The notes under the pieces are model-generated. The model was given only the letters and a program-made list of their open reading frames with translations, was not told where the DNA came from and made no database searches. A DNA stretch of 64,000 bases from positions 3,104,001 to 3,168,000 of the forward strand of contig OZ220732.1 of assembly GCA_965116905.1 (NCBI GenBank), written 5' to 3'. This DNA is from Longimicrobiales bacterium. Lineage in GTDB: Bacteria; Gemmatimonadota; Gemmatimonadetes; Longimicrobiales; Gaopeijiaceae. A program made the translations under genes and the position numbers. This document shows positions 41,071-51,428 of the stretch, one piece after another (within the stretch, counting starts at the first letter, position 1; every line of letters begins with the position of its first letter).

Positions 41071-42156
41071 GTGACCTCGAACACCTCGGTCTGGGTGACC
41101 GTCCTGGCTGGCGGCGCCGGCACGCGGTTCTGGCCCCTCAGCACACCCCAACGGCCCAAACAGCTCCTGAACCTGGCGGGGCCGCAACCCCTTGTCGCCG
41201 ACACCGTCGCGCGGGTGCGGGGATTCGTTCCGCCTGGCAACATCAGGGTGCTGACCGGCGCGCACCTGGCGGAACCCATCCAGCGCGCAACCGGTCTCGG
41301 CGACGAATCTCTCCTCATCGAGACCCGGGCACGAGGCACGGGACCAGCGCTCGCCTGGGCAGCGTGGGAGATCGCGAACACCGATCCCGACGCCGTCATG
41401 ATCTCACTTCATTCCGACCACGTGGTCACGCCAACGCCCCGCTTCAGGGAAGTCCTCGCGGCCGCCGCCGAGATCGCGCGGCGAGACGACCTCCTGGTCA
41501 CCGTGGCGGTGCCGCCGGACCGTCCCGAAACCGCCTACGGCTACATCAGGCCGGGCAAGGCGCTGAGCGCGCCGAAGGGGCACACGGCCTACCGGGTCGC
41601 AGCTTTTGTCGAAAAGCCCGGTCCCGACGACGCGGCGCGCTACGTTGCCGCCGGCTACCGCTGGAATTCGGGCATTTTCGTGTGGAGAGCCGCCGTTTTC
41701 CTCGCCGAACTGCGGACCCACGCGCCCGGGATCGCCCGGGCCCTGCCCGCGCTTGAGCGTGGCGACGTCACCGCGTTCTTCGACCAGACGCAAGCCGCCA
41801 GCGTGGACGAGGCGCTCCTGGAGCGCAGCGCGAGCGTCGCCGCCATCGATGCCACCTTCGATTGGGACGACATCGGCAGCTGGGAGGCGGTCGCCCGCCT
41901 GAGTCCACCGGACGCCGACGGCAATGTCCGCGTCGGTGACGCGCACGTCGCGCGCGGCGAAGGCAATATCGTGTTCGCGGACTCGGGCCGCGTGGTGCTG
42001 TTCGGCGCAGACGACATGCTCGTGGTGCGGACGGACGATGTCACGCTCGTGATGCCCAGGTCCGAGCTGGTCCGCCTGAAGCAACACCTCAAGGACCTGC
42101 CGGCGAGAGCCGCGCGCGCGGTCGACGACGGGGGCGGTGGATCGGATCCACGGTGA
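41071..42156 (+). CDS. manC: Mannose-1-phosphate guanylyltransferase
   Basis: Motifs LAGGAGTRFWPLS..RPKQ, SDH, PETAYGYI, FVEKP, WNSGIF and WDDIGSW. Confidence 0.9.
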   Translation: MTSNTSVWVTVLAGGAGTRFWPLSTPQRPKQLLNLAGPQPLVADTVARVRGFVPPGNIRVLTGAHLAEPIQRATGLGDESLLIETRARGTGPALAWAAWEIANTDPDAVMISLHSDHVVTPTPRFREVLAAAAEIARRDDLLVTVAVPPDRPETAYGYIRPGKALSAPKGHTAYRVAAFVEKPGPDDAARYVAAGYRWNSGIFVWRAAVFLAELRTHAPGIARALPALERGDVTAFFDQTQAASVDEALLERSASVAAIDATFDWDDIGSWEAVARLSPPDADGNVRVGDAHVARGEGNIVFADSGRVVLFGADDMLVVRTDDVTLVMPRSELVRLKQHLKDLPARAARAVDDGGGGSDPR

Positions 42157-43364
42157 TGTCCCCACGCCTTCTTCTCTACGACGACGACATCGCCCGCGGA
42201 TGGCAGCCGTTCGCCGCGACCCGTCCCGTCGGCGAACTCCTGTTCGGCACCATGACGTTGCGCGCACGCGCGGAGACGCGGTTGGGGCTCGTGTGCGGAG
42301 CCCACGTCGCCGGCGAGTCGCTGCGTCACTTCGAGGAGCCCGGCGCACCGCCGTGCACGCGCCCCGAAGCCATCGAGCGTTCCGGCGACCGGGTCTGCCT
42401 GTCGAGCCGGTTCGTCCCCGACGAGCCAATCGCGCTGGACTTCGAGGAGGCGACCGTCCTTCTCGGCGAGACGGGCCCGGTCGGCGCATGGCTGCCCGAC
42501 GGCGAACGCTTCCCGCTCGGGGCGCCGGCCGGCCGCTGGCCGCGTTGGCCGCGTTGGCCGGTCAAGGGCTCGGTACTCGGCTCACCGTGGGAGTTGATGG
42601 CGGCCAACGCCCGGTGCGTCGCCGCCGACGCATCCCGTTTCCCGGAGCACGGGGTCCCGGCGGGGGTGCATCGGCTCGGCACCGGGCGCGTCTCGGTCTC
42701 TCCCGAATCGGAGATCGACCCGGGCGTGATCCTGGACGCGACCGCCGGGCCGATCATCGTGGACTCGGGCGCGCGTGTGCAGGCACCGTGCCGAATCGTC
42801 GGACCCGCATACCTGGGGATCGGTTCGCTGTTGCCGGGAGGGGTCGTCGCGCATTCAAGCATAGGACCCGCCTGCACAGCTCACGGCGAGATTCGGGCCA
42901 CCGTCATGCTGGGTTTCTCCAACAAGGCGCACGAAGGATACCTGGGCCATTCGATCGTGGGACGGTGGGTGAATCTGGGGGCGATGACCACCAATTCCGA
43001 CCTCAAGAACACCTACAGCCCGGTCAGGGCCGGTGCCGGGAGACATGCCGTCGACACCGGATTGACTAAAGCGGGGTGTCTGGTAGGCGACCACGTCCGC
43101 ACCGGGATCGGCACGCTCATCAATACCGGAACGCTCATCGGAGCGGGGACCAGCATGTCGGGAGGCGGCGTGGTGTCCGGCGCGATTCCACCTTTCTCCT
43201 GGGGTGCCGCGGGCACATGGACGGAGCATGACATCGAGCGCTTCATCGGCACCGCCGAGAGGGTCATGGCCCGCAGGCGGGTCGCGCTGACCGCGGGCCT
43301 GCGCAAACACTACCGCACGGTATTCGCGGCCACCGCCCCGTCGCGACCCGAGCGGGGGCGCTGA
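42153..43364 (+). CDS. Putative sugar nucleotidyltransferase-like protein with left-handed beta-helix (GlmU-related)
   Basis: Motifs WQPFAATRPVGELLFG, SNKAHEGYLGHSIVGRWVNLGA.TTNSDLKN and VRTGIGTLINTG. Confidence 0.85.
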   Translation: MMSPRLLLYDDDIARGWQPFAATRPVGELLFGTMTLRARAETRLGLVCGAHVAGESLRHFEEPGAPPCTRPEAIERSGDRVCLSSRFVPDEPIALDFEEATVLLGETGPVGAWLPDGERFPLGAPAGRWPRWPRWPVKGSVLGSPWELMAANARCVAADASRFPEHGVPAGVHRLGTGRVSVSPESEIDPGVILDATAGPIIVDSGARVQAPCRIVGPAYLGIGSLLPGGVVAHSSIGPACTAHGEIRATVMLGFSNKAHEGYLGHSIVGRWVNLGAMTTNSDLKNTYSPVRAGAGRHAVDTGLTKAGCLVGDHVRTGIGTLINTGTLIGAGTSMSGGGVVSGAIPPFSWGAAGTWTEHDIERFIGTAERVMARRRVALTAGLRKHYRTVFAATAPSRPERGR

Positions 43365-43368
43365 CGGC

Positions 43369-44190
43369 GTGTGGTTCTCCGTTCTGGGAAGCGGAAGCCG
43401 GGGCAACTCGGTACTCGTGGGCGCCGGCGACACGCGCGTTCTCGTCGACGCGGGCTTCAGTGGACGTGAGCTGGCCCACCGGCTCGGAAAGGTCGGTGTG
43501 GAACCGGGCGCCATCTCCGCCATCGTATTGACGCACGAGCATGGCGATCACACCCGGGGCGCCGGCGTCTTTGCACGCAGACACGGCACACCGCTCCTGA
43601 TGACCGAAGGTACGCGCCTCGCGTGCCGAAAGCTGTTTCGCGGAGACGAGGCGATCCGGAGCTACCGCGCCGGGTTTGCGGTCGACATCGACCGGCTGAG
43701 GATCGATCCCTTCATCACGGTCCACGATGCCGCCGATCCCGTAGCGGTTGCGGTAACCGACTGCGCGACCGGACTGCGCCTCGGCATCGCCACCGACCTG
43801 GGGAAGCCCACCGTGCAGATTCGGCATGCCCTGCGAGGATGCGACGCCCTGATCGTGGAATCCAACCATGACGAGGGAATGCTCTGGTCCGCCGGATACC
43901 CGCCCGCGGTCAAGGCGAGGATCGCATCCAGCCACGGTCACCTTTCCAATCGGGCCGCTGCCGACTTCCTGGCGGAGACCTTCGATCCCCGCCTGTCCGT
44001 GGTGGTGCTCGCCCACCTGTCCGAGGAGTCGAATACGCCCCGGATGGCAAGGGCGGCCGCGGCCCGCGCGCTGGCGGGACGGGGCTTCAAGGGCCTGGTC
44101 GAAGTCGCCCTGCCCGACCGGCCGACCCCGGTGTTCGACCTTGCGGAACTGCGGGAGCGCGTCGGGCCGCGCCAGCTTTCGCTCTTCTGA
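43369..44190 (+). CDS. MBL-fold metallo-hydrolase (YycJ/WalJ-like)
   Basis: Motifs LGSGSRGN, THEHGDH, HDA, TDLG, ESNHD, GHLSN and AHLS..SN. Confidence 0.9.
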   Translation: MWFSVLGSGSRGNSVLVGAGDTRVLVDAGFSGRELAHRLGKVGVEPGAISAIVLTHEHGDHTRGAGVFARRHGTPLLMTEGTRLACRKLFRGDEAIRSYRAGFAVDIDRLRIDPFITVHDAADPVAVAVTDCATGLRLGIATDLGKPTVQIRHALRGCDALIVESNHDEGMLWSAGYPPAVKARIASSHGHLSNRAAADFLAETFDPRLSVVVLAHLSEESNTPRMARAAAARALAGRGFKGLVEVALPDRPTPVFDLAELRERVGPRQLSLF

Positions 44191-44217
44191 CCGTCCCCGG
44201 GAGGTGTCGCCGGCCTG

Positions 44218-45564
44218 CTAAAGCCCGAAGAAGCGGAGGAGGTCGTTGCCCAGCGCCCACACCATGATCCCGACGATCACGTAGAACCCGATCTGCCCCC
44301 AGCGCAACCGCTGCTTGACCCCCAGCTTCTCTCCGCGCACGAACTCGATGCCGAGGAAGACCATGTGACCGCCGTCGAGGGGCGGAATGGGCAGCATGTT
44401 GAGGATGGCGAGATTGATGCTGAAGAACGCCATGAAACCCAGAAAGGTGCTGAGTCCCCCGGCGGCGGCCGCCCCGGAAAACACCCAGATCGTGCCGATG
44501 GAGCCCACCGACCTCGGCGACTCGTTGAGCGTCACCAGGTCGCGCAGGAAGCGGAGGATCGCGAGGGTGACTTCCGTCGTGCGCGCCGCGCCGAACGAGA
44601 TGGCCTCTCCCAGGCCCATGGAAACGGTGCGAAGCGGAGGCGGCGTTTGCAGGACCCCCAGCATGCCGCGCCGCTCTCCGGCCCGCTCGCCCTCGACATC
44701 ATCGAGGACCACGATGCGGGTCAGATTCACATCGTCCCGCAACAGCCCGATCTCCACGCGCTCCCCCGGACGCGCGCCGAGTTCCCTCGTCATTTCCGCC
44801 CAACTGTCGACCGGCACGCCCGCTACATGGGTGACCCGGTCACCCTGTTCGATCGCGGCGCCCGCCGCAGGTGTTCCCGCCTGGACATTCCCGACCACCG
44901 GGTCGCTCCAGTACTGCAGCGATCCGGCGAGCGCGCGCCGCTCTTCCGCGTCCGCCGGCACGATCACGTCGAAGGTGCCCCTCGGGGATTCGGTGACCAC
45001 GGTGAGCGGACCCGGCGCACTCTCCACGAAGGCCCGCTGGATTTCGTTCCATGAACCGGGGCGGGACCCTCCGATGCTCGTGATCTCGGCCCCCGGGACG
45101 ATCCCTGCCAACGCCTCGGCCCCGGCCGGAAGCGTGCCTTCATTCACGGCCATGACCCGCGTGACGGCCGTCTCCTGGCGCCCCCAGGCGGCCGCCACCA
45201 GCGCGTACAGGAAGAAGGCGAAGAGCATGTTCATGATCACGCCTGCCGAGATCACGACGGCACGCGCCCAGACCGGCCGGCCGTCGAAGTCGCCGGGGCC
45301 CGGCTTTCTCCGGGGGTTGGCTTTGCCGCCCTCCAGGTGCTCCAGGACCTCGTCCTCCATCCCCTGCATCTTGACGTACCCGCCAAGCGGGATGGCCGAG
45401 AGCACGTACTCCGTGTCTCCCCTGTGAAATCCCCAAACGCGCGGACCGAGGCCGATCGAAAAACGCTGAACCGCGACGCCTACCGACTTCGCGGCCCAGA
45501 AATGGCCCAGCTCGTGCACGAAGATCAGCACGCCGAGCAGCACCACAACGGCCAGCAGCGTCAT
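44218..45564 (-). CDS. rseP: RIP metalloprotease RseP
   Basis: Motifs HELGH, IPLGGYV and NMLPIPPLDGG; two PDZ-like segments. Confidence 0.95.
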   Translation of the reverse strand: MTLLAVVVLLGVLIFVHELGHFWAAKSVGVAVQRFSIGLGPRVWGFHRGDTEYVLSAIPLGGYVKMQGMEDEVLEHLEGGKANPRRKPGPGDFDGRPVWARAVVISAGVIMNMLFAFFLYALVAAAWGRQETAVTRVMAVNEGTLPAGAEALAGIVPGAEITSIGGSRPGSWNEIQRAFVESAPGPLTVVTESPRGTFDVIVPADAEERRALAGSLQYWSDPVVGNVQAGTPAAGAAIEQGDRVTHVAGVPVDSWAEMTRELGARPGERVEIGLLRDDVNLTRIVVLDDVEGERAGERRGMLGVLQTPPPLRTVSMGLGEAISFGAARTTEVTLAILRFLRDLVTLNESPRSVGSIGTIWVFSGAAAAGGLSTFLGFMAFFSINLAILNMLPIPPLDGGHMVFLGIEFVRGEKLGVKQRLRWGQIGFYVIVGIMVWALGNDLLRFFGL

Positions 45565-46718
45565 GCGCGAATCATCCTTTCCACTTCGGCGGCCGCCCGG
45601 CTGCGCGCAGCCCGGTCCACCGCGAGCACCTCGTCAAGCGTCGCCACCGCTGTCCCTTCCAGTGCCTCCAGCGCGGCCTCGACGACAATCGCAATACCGG
45701 TGAAGGTAACCATTCCCTTCAGAAAAGCCTCAACGGCCACCTCGTTCGCCGCGTTGAACACGGCGGGAGCGGCACCACCGGCGCGACCCGCATCGACGCC
45801 CAGCCGGAAGAGTGGAAACCGCGCCTCGTCCACGGGCTCGAAGACCAGCGGCGACGCGGTGCACGGATCGAAGCTGCGAAGTGCCGGATCCGGCGGCCGC
45901 CGCGGCCACGTCAGCGCGTGCAGCACCGGAAGCTCCATGGTGGGATTCCCCATCTGCGAGAGCACCGATCCATCGACGAACTCAACGAACGAGTGGACGA
46001 TCGAGGTCGGATGCACGACCACGTCGATGCGGTCATAGGGGAGGCCGTAGAGAAAGTGCGCCTCGATTACCTCGAGCGCCTTGTTCGCGAGCGTGGCGGA
46101 GTCGATCGTGATCTTGGCACCCATGTCCCAGGTCGGGTGCTGCAGGGCCATCGCCGCGTCGGCCCGCTCCAGCTCCTCCGCGGACATCCGGCGAAACGGC
46201 CCTCCGCTCGCCGTCAGGATGAGCCGTTGAATCTCGTCCGGGCGGGCCGAGCCGACGCATTGCAGGATGGCGGAATGCTCGCTGTCCACCGGAATCAGTT
46301 CGCCCCCGCCCCGCTCGGCGGCGCGCAGCACCAGCTCACCCGCCGCCACGAGCGACTCCTTGTTGGCGAGGGCACAGCGCTTCCCGGCTTCCAGGGTGGC
46401 GAGAGTGGGACGCAGCCCCGCGGCGCCGACGACCGCGTTGACCACGATGTCGACCCCGTCGAGGCGGGCGAGCTCCACGACGTGCTCGGCGCCGCCGAGC
46501 CAACCCGCCGCAACAAGATCCGGACGCTGCTCCAGGGCCCTCGGATCGGCGAGCGCCACGTGCCGCGCCCCGAATTCGGCCGCCAGCCCCTCCAACGCGG
46601 CGACCGATCGCTGCGCGGACAGCGCCACCACGCTGAACAGTCCCGGATGGCGTCGGATCACCGAGAACGTCGAGCGGCCCACGGACCCCGTGGCCCCCAG
46701 TACGGCGATGCGCTTCAC
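45561..46718 (-). CDS. dxr: 1-deoxy-D-xylulose-5-phosphate reductoisomerase
   Basis: Motifs LGATGSVG, LANKESL, PVDSEHSA, TASGGPF, HPTWDMGAKITIDSAT and NAANE. Confidence 0.97.
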   Translation of the reverse strand: MKRIAVLGATGSVGRSTFSVIRRHPGLFSVVALSAQRSVAALEGLAAEFGARHVALADPRALEQRPDLVAAGWLGGAEHVVELARLDGVDIVVNAVVGAAGLRPTLATLEAGKRCALANKESLVAAGELVLRAAERGGGELIPVDSEHSAILQCVGSARPDEIQRLILTASGGPFRRMSAEELERADAAMALQHPTWDMGAKITIDSATLANKALEVIEAHFLYGLPYDRIDVVVHPTSIVHSFVEFVDGSVLSQMGNPTMELPVLHALTWPRRPPDPALRSFDPCTASPLVFEPVDEARFPLFRLGVDAGRAGGAAPAVFNAANEVAVEAFLKGMVTFTGIAIVVEAALEALEGTAVATLDEVLAVDRAARSRAAAEVERMIRA

Positions 46719-46721
46719 GAA

Positions 46722-46816
46722 CCCGTCACCCGGCTTGCCCCCGTCACCCGGCTTGCCCCGGTCACCCGGCTTGCCCCGGTCACCCGGCGTGCCCCGTCAC
46801 CCGGCGTGCCCCGTCA
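46722..46816. repeat. 17-18-bp tandem repeat x5 spanning the cdsA stop and the cdsA-dxr spacer
   Basis: Core gtcacccggc at 46725, 46743, 46761, 46779 and 46796; partial gtca at 46813. Confidence 0.95.
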
Positions 46817-47672
46817 GCAGGAGCAGAACGTACGCCAGCGGCAGGCTGAAAAAGAGCGCGTCGAACCGGTCGAGCACGCCTCCATGCCCGGGCAGCAGCC
46901 CGCTCGAGTCCTTGACTCCTGCCTCACGCTTGAGCAGGGACTCGGCAAGGTCGCCCAGTTGGCCCCCGACGCCCAGAACGAGACCGACCAGGGCCCCCGC
47001 AACCGGCGACACCGGGAATGTGGCGAGGTCGCGCATGACGAGCCCGGCCAGACTTCCGACCGCCACGGCCGCGATGAGCCCGGCCACACCGCCCTCCACC
47101 GTCTTCCCGGGGCTGACCCGCGGCGCCATCCTGGTGCGGCCGAAGCGCTTGCCCGCGAAGTAGGCGGCGGTATCCGAGGCCCAGATCACGAGGAGCGGAA
47201 ACAACACCAGCAGCCGCCCCTCGAGCGGGTCGTGGGCACCCGTACCCACGGCATCCGGGAGATGCCGCAGCAGTACCGCGAAGGCGAGCGTCCCGCCCGC
47301 GTAGAGCACACCCGCGACCGTCGCCGTTATGGAGAAGAGGGGCGCGCCGCCGGTGCCGCGCCGCGACACGGCGACCGCCAGGGTCGCCAGCAGCAACGCG
47401 AACAGCAACAACAGCGCGCGGTCCGCCCAGGCCCCGAACGTCGGCTCGTACGCAGCCGCGAGTACAAGGATCGACGCCGCAGGCACGCCGAGCCAGCCGA
47501 CGGGACGCGCGCCCGTGGACGACGCCAGCGCGTAGAACTCCCGGGTCGCCGCTCCGGCCACGACGGCCAGCAGTCCCCCGAAGTACCAGCCACCGGCGTA
47601 AATCGCGAGGAGGGCCACCGGGATGCCGACGAGGGCGACCGCGAATCTGGCCCGGAGTTCGCCCGCGATCAT
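46797..47672 (-). CDS. cdsA: Phosphatidate cytidylyltransferase
   Basis: Motifs WASDTAAYFAG, SPGKTVEG and GDLAESLLKREAGVKDSSGLLPGHGGVLDRFD. Confidence 0.95.
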   Translation of the reverse strand: MIAGELRARFAVALVGIPVALLAIYAGGWYFGGLLAVVAGAATREFYALASSTGARPVGWLGVPAASILVLAAAYEPTFGAWADRALLLLFALLLATLAVAVSRRGTGGAPLFSITATVAGVLYAGGTLAFAVLLRHLPDAVGTGAHDPLEGRLLVLFPLLVIWASDTAAYFAGKRFGRTRMAPRVSPGKTVEGGVAGLIAAVAVGSLAGLVMRDLATFPVSPVAGALVGLVLGVGGQLGDLAESLLKREAGVKDSSGLLPGHGGVLDRFDALFFSLPLAYVLLLLTGHAG

Positions 47673-47694
47673 GACGCGCGGAGTACCCGGGTGA

Positions 47695-48438
47695 TCATCG
47701 CGCGGTGACCCGTCCGAAACGGCGGTCGCGGCGCTGATAGTCGAGGATGGCGGCAAAGAGGTCTTCCCGCACAAAGTCGGGCCAGAGCACGGAGGCGACG
47801 TGAAACTCGGTGTAGGCCGTCTGCCAGAGCAGGAAGTTGCTGATCCTCATTTCGCCCGAGGTGCGAATGAGGAGGTCCGGATCCGGAAGCCCGCGCGTGA
47901 ACAGCATCCGCTCGACCGTGTCCACGTCGATCGCTTCCGGGTCGAGCCGTCCGCCGCGTACGCGCTCCGCCAGATGACGGGCCGCGCGAGCGATTTCCTC
48001 TCGCCCTCCATACGAGATCATCAGGTTCAGCCGCAGCACGGCCCCATCCCGGGTTGCGTCCTCGATCAGCTCCACAGCCGATCGCGTCGTGGAATCGAGA
48101 CGCGAAACCTCGCCGAGCACCCGGACCTGGACACCGTGGCCGGCAAGCTCCTCGTGCTCGGACTCGGCGTATTCGCAAAGCAGCTGCATGAGCGCGTCGA
48201 TCTCGGACTGTGGCCGCTTCCAGTTCTCGGTGGAAAACGCGAAGAGCGTCAGGATCTCGATGCCCGCTGCACACGCACCCTCGACCGCCTCGCGCACCGC
48301 CTTCATTCCCTCCCAGTGTCCCGTGTGCCGGGGCAGTCCGCGTTGGCGGGCCCAGCGGCCATTGCCGTCCATGATGACCGCCACGTGGCGCGGCACACGC
48401 CCGTTCGCCCGGATCAGGGACAGCGAGTCAGCCGCCAT
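47695..48438 (-). CDS. uppS: Polyprenyl (undecaprenyl) diphosphate synthase
   Basis: Motifs PRHVAVIMDGNGRWA, AFSTENWKR and RTSGEMRISNFLLWQ. Confidence 0.97.
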   Translation of the reverse strand: MAADSLSLIRANGRVPRHVAVIMDGNGRWARQRGLPRHTGHWEGMKAVREAVEGACAAGIEILTLFAFSTENWKRPQSEIDALMQLLCEYAESEHEELAGHGVQVRVLGEVSRLDSTTRSAVELIEDATRDGAVLRLNLMISYGGREEIARAARHLAERVRGGRLDPEAIDVDTVERMLFTRGLPDPDLLIRTSGEMRISNFLLWQTAYTEFHVASVLWPDFVREDLFAAILDYQRRDRRFGRVTAR

Positions 48439-48474
48439 GGACAGGTTGCAGCGGGAGTGCGCTCGTCGAGTGCC

Positions 48475-49026
48475 TCAGATCGCCATCACCTCCTTCTCCT
48501 TGACGGAAAGAAGGTGATCGATCTTGCCGACGTAATCATCCGTGAGCTTCTGCACTTCGGCCATGGTGCGGCGCCCTTCGTCCTCGCCCACCTCGTTCGC
48601 ACGCAATCGCGCCTTTACGCGTTCGTTCGCCGCCTGCCTCGCGCGCCGTATCGACACGCGGCCTTCCTCCGCCATCTTGTGCAGAATCCTCACGTACTGC
48701 TTGCGGCGCTCCTCGCTGAGGGGCGGGATCGGCACCCGGATGATGCTGCCGTCGTTGGAGGGGTTGAGTCCCAGCCCGGCGGTGAGCACGGCCTTTTCGA
48801 TCGGCCCGATCAGGGAGGGGTCAAACGGCTGCACCACCAGCAGGGAGGGGTCCGGCGCGCTCACCGTCGACACCTGGTTCAGCGGCATCCGGCTGCCATA
48901 TGCCTCCACCCGCACCGAGTCGAGGATGGACGGGACGGCCTTGCCGGTGCGCACCGTCTCGAATTCGCGGTGGATCGCCGCCACGGCAGCATCCATTCTG
49001 CTTTTCGCTTCGTCCACCAGTGCCAC
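48475..49026 (-). CDS. frr: Ribosome recycling factor
   Basis: Motifs VRTGKA, YGS.MPL, GLNP.NDG and PPLSEERR; SD GGGAG before GTG 49026. Confidence 0.95.
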   Translation of the reverse strand: MALVDEAKSRMDAAVAAIHREFETVRTGKAVPSILDSVRVEAYGSRMPLNQVSTVSAPDPSLLVVQPFDPSLIGPIEKAVLTAGLGLNPSNDGSIIRVPIPPLSEERRKQYVRILHKMAEEGRVSIRRARQAANERVKARLRANEVGEDEGRRTMAEVQKLTDDYVGKIDHLLSVKEKEVMAI

Positions 49027-49068
49027 GCCGTGCTCCCTTCCCAGGCGGTCCGACAATGATTCCGTGAA

Positions 49069-49791
49069 CTAAGATACCAGCGTTCCCACCCGCCTACCCT
49101 GTATCGCCCTGCGAACCGCTCCGTGGTCGTCGAGGTTGAGCACGATGATGGGGAGGTCGTTCTCACGGCAGAGGGACACCGCCGCCGCGTCCATGACCCG
49201 CAGATCACGCCTGACGACCTCGTGGTAGGAAATATCCGGGATGAACTCGGCCGCCGGGTCGCGGGCGGGATCCGCGCTGTAGACGCCCTCGACCTTGGTG
49301 GCCTTGATGACCACGTCCGCATCCATCTCGATCGCCCGCAGGACCGCAGCCGTGTCCGTGGAGAAGTAGGGATTCCCCGTACCCCCGGCGAAGATCACGA
49401 TCCGTCCCTTCTCCATGTGGCGAAGGGCCCTGCGCCGAATGTACGGCTCCGCCAGTTGCGGCATCCGGATCGCCGTCATGACGCGGGTTTCGATCGCCTT
49501 CTTCTCAAGGAGGTCCTGCACCGCCAGCGCGTTCATGATCGTGGCGAGCATCCCCATATAGTCGGCGGATACCCGGTCCATTCCACGCTGACTGGCGATT
49601 GCGCCGCGCACGATGTTGCCGCCCCCGATGACGAGCCCGAGCGATACGCCGAGATCGTGGATCGCACTGATCTCGTCGGTAATGCCCTCTACGATCTTCG
49701 GATCGATGCCGAAGCCGCGCGACCCGGCGAGAGCCTCGCCGGAGAGCTTAAGGAGTACGCGGCCGTAGCCCGAACTCCTCTGGTCGCTCAC
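49069..49791 (-). CDS. pyrH: UMP kinase
   Basis: Motifs [26 protein letters not shown] and [10 protein letters not shown]. Start approximate. Confidence 0.96.
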   Translation of the reverse strand: MSDQRSSGYGRVLLKLSGEALAGSRGFGIDPKIVEGITDEISAIHDLGVSLGLVIGGGNIVRGAIASQRGMDRVSADYMGMLATIMNALAVQDLLEKKAIETRVMTAIRMPQLAEPYIRRRALRHMEKGRIVIFAGGTGNPYFSTDTAAVLRAIEMDADVVIKATKVEGVYSADPARDPAAEFIPDISYHEVVRRDLRVMDAAAVSLCRENDLPIIVLNLDDHGAVRRAIQGRRVGTLVS

Positions 49792-49863
49792 GCCGTGGTT
49801 TCCGGCCGTTGCGCGTGCCGGAAGCCCGGCCCGCACGCGGTCCCCGACGCCCGCACCGAACCC

Positions 49864-50457
49864 CTATCCTCCGATCCTGAAGCGTGCAAAGCGGGCGACC
49901 CTGACCTTCTCTCCGGTTTTCGCGGACGTCTCGGTGATCAGATCGCCGACGCTCTTGTCCGGATCCTTCACGAAGGCCTGTTCCAGGAGAACGCTCTGCT
50001 TGTAGAACTTGGCCATCTTGCCCTCTACGATTCGGTCGCGAATGTGTTCGGGCTTGCCTTCATGGGCAACCTGATCGGCAAAGACCTTCCGCTCCCGCTC
50101 CACGACTGCGGAATCGACGTCTTCGATCCCCACCGCCAATGGATCCGAGGCCGCGACATGCATCGCGATGTCACGCGCGAGCGCTCCGAATTCATCCGTG
50201 TTGGCCACGAAATCGGTCTCGCAGTTGAGCTCCACCAGAACGCCGATGCGGCCGCCGTGGTGAATGTAGCTGGCCACAACTCCTTCATTGACCGCGCGGT
50301 CGGCCCTCCTGGCCGCCTTGGCCTCCCCCTTGCTCCGCAACAGATCGATGGCGGCCTCGATATCGCCACCGGTCTCCTGCAGCGCGCGCTTGCAATCCAT
50401 CATCCCCGCGCCGGTCCGGTCGCGGAGTTCCTTTACCAGTTTCGCACCAATCGTCAT
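49864..50457 (-). CDS. tsf: Translation elongation factor Ts (short form, ~197 aa)
   Basis: Motifs VKELRDRTGAGMMDCKRAL and ELNCETDFVA. Confidence 0.96.
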   Translation of the reverse strand: MTIGAKLVKELRDRTGAGMMDCKRALQETGGDIEAAIDLLRSKGEAKAARRADRAVNEGVVASYIHHGGRIGVLVELNCETDFVANTDEFGALARDIAMHVAASDPLAVGIEDVDSAVVERERKVFADQVAHEGKPEHIRDRIVEGKMAKFYKQSVLLEQAFVKDPDKSVGDLITETSAKTGEKVRVARFARFRIGG

Positions 50458-50515
50458 TTCCGGGTCTTCCTGGGTCGCACCCGGGCACATGCGGCCCCCG
50501 GCGCCTGTGAGAACC

Positions 50516-51415
50516 TCAGCCGCTCTCGTCCCCGGCAGGACCGGATTTCGAGCCCGTCTCACCGTCGCCGGACTTTCGCACCTGCGCGATGGCCTCCGGG
50601 CGCGGGCGGCGTCTGCGAGGCCGGCGCCTGACTTCCCTCACGTCCGCGGACTTCTCACCGGTCTCGGTCGAATAGGTGGTCGCTTCGAGCTCCGCCTGCC
50701 GCCGCAGCTGTTCGTCCGGCACCTCCCGCCGCGCCGTTTCGATCGCATCGGCGATCTGTCCGGCGATCAGGCTCACGGAGCGGATCGCGTCGTCGTTTCC
50801 GGGGATGGGGTAGTCGATGAGCTCGGGGTCGACGTTGGTGTCCGCGATGGAGATCACCGGGATCCCGAGGCGATGGGCCTCGCGCACACCGATGATCTCG
50901 CGCTTCGCGTCCACGACGAAAACGGCGCCGGGCAGGCGCACCATGTCGCGCACGCCTATGAAGTACTTCTCGAGCTTGGCCCGTTCCCGCTCGAGCAGCA
51001 GGCGCTCCTTCTTGGTATAGAATTCGAACGCGTTCTCTTCCTGGCCCCGTTCCAGTTCCTTCATTCGCCGAATCTGGCGGCGGATCGTCTGGAAGTTGGT
51101 CAGCATGCCCCCGAGCCAGCGTTCGGTGACGTACAGCGCACCGCAGCGGTTGGCTTCCTCCTCGATAATCTGCCGCAGCTGGCGCTTGGTCGAGAGGAAC
51201 AGGACCTTCTGTCCCTTGAGCACCACCCGGCGCACGGCATCCGTAGCCTCCGTCAGGCGGTCCAGCGTCTTGCGCAGATCGATGATGTGGATCCCGTTGC
51301 GCTCTCCGAAGATGAAGGGACGCATCTTGGGGTTCCAGCGCCTGGTCTGGTGGCCGAAATGGACACCGGCGTCGAGCAGATCGGTCAGTCCTACCGGGTT
51401 CGGAGCAGGGTTCAT
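50516..51415 (-). CDS. rpsB: 30S ribosomal protein S2
   Basis: Motifs [29 protein letters not shown] and [10 protein letters not shown]. Confidence 0.98.
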   Translation of the reverse strand: MNPAPNPVGLTDLLDAGVHFGHQTRRWNPKMRPFIFGERNGIHIIDLRKTLDRLTEATDAVRRVVLKGQKVLFLSTKRQLRQIIEEEANRCGALYVTERWLGGMLTNFQTIRRQIRRMKELERGQEENAFEFYTKKERLLLERERAKLEKYFIGVRDMVRLPGAVFVVDAKREIIGVREAHRLGIPVISIADTNVDPELIDYPIPGNDDAIRSVSLIAGQIADAIETARREVPDEQLRRQAELEATTYSTETGEKSADVREVRRRPRRRRPRPEAIAQVRKSGDGETGSKSGPAGDESG

Positions 51416-51428
51416 TCGAGTGCGCCGC

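Noticed and set aside
46722..46816. Possible CRISPR array
   Set aside because: Units are 17-18 bp and directly adjacent with no unique spacers, there are no cas genes, and the unit derives from the cdsA 3' end.
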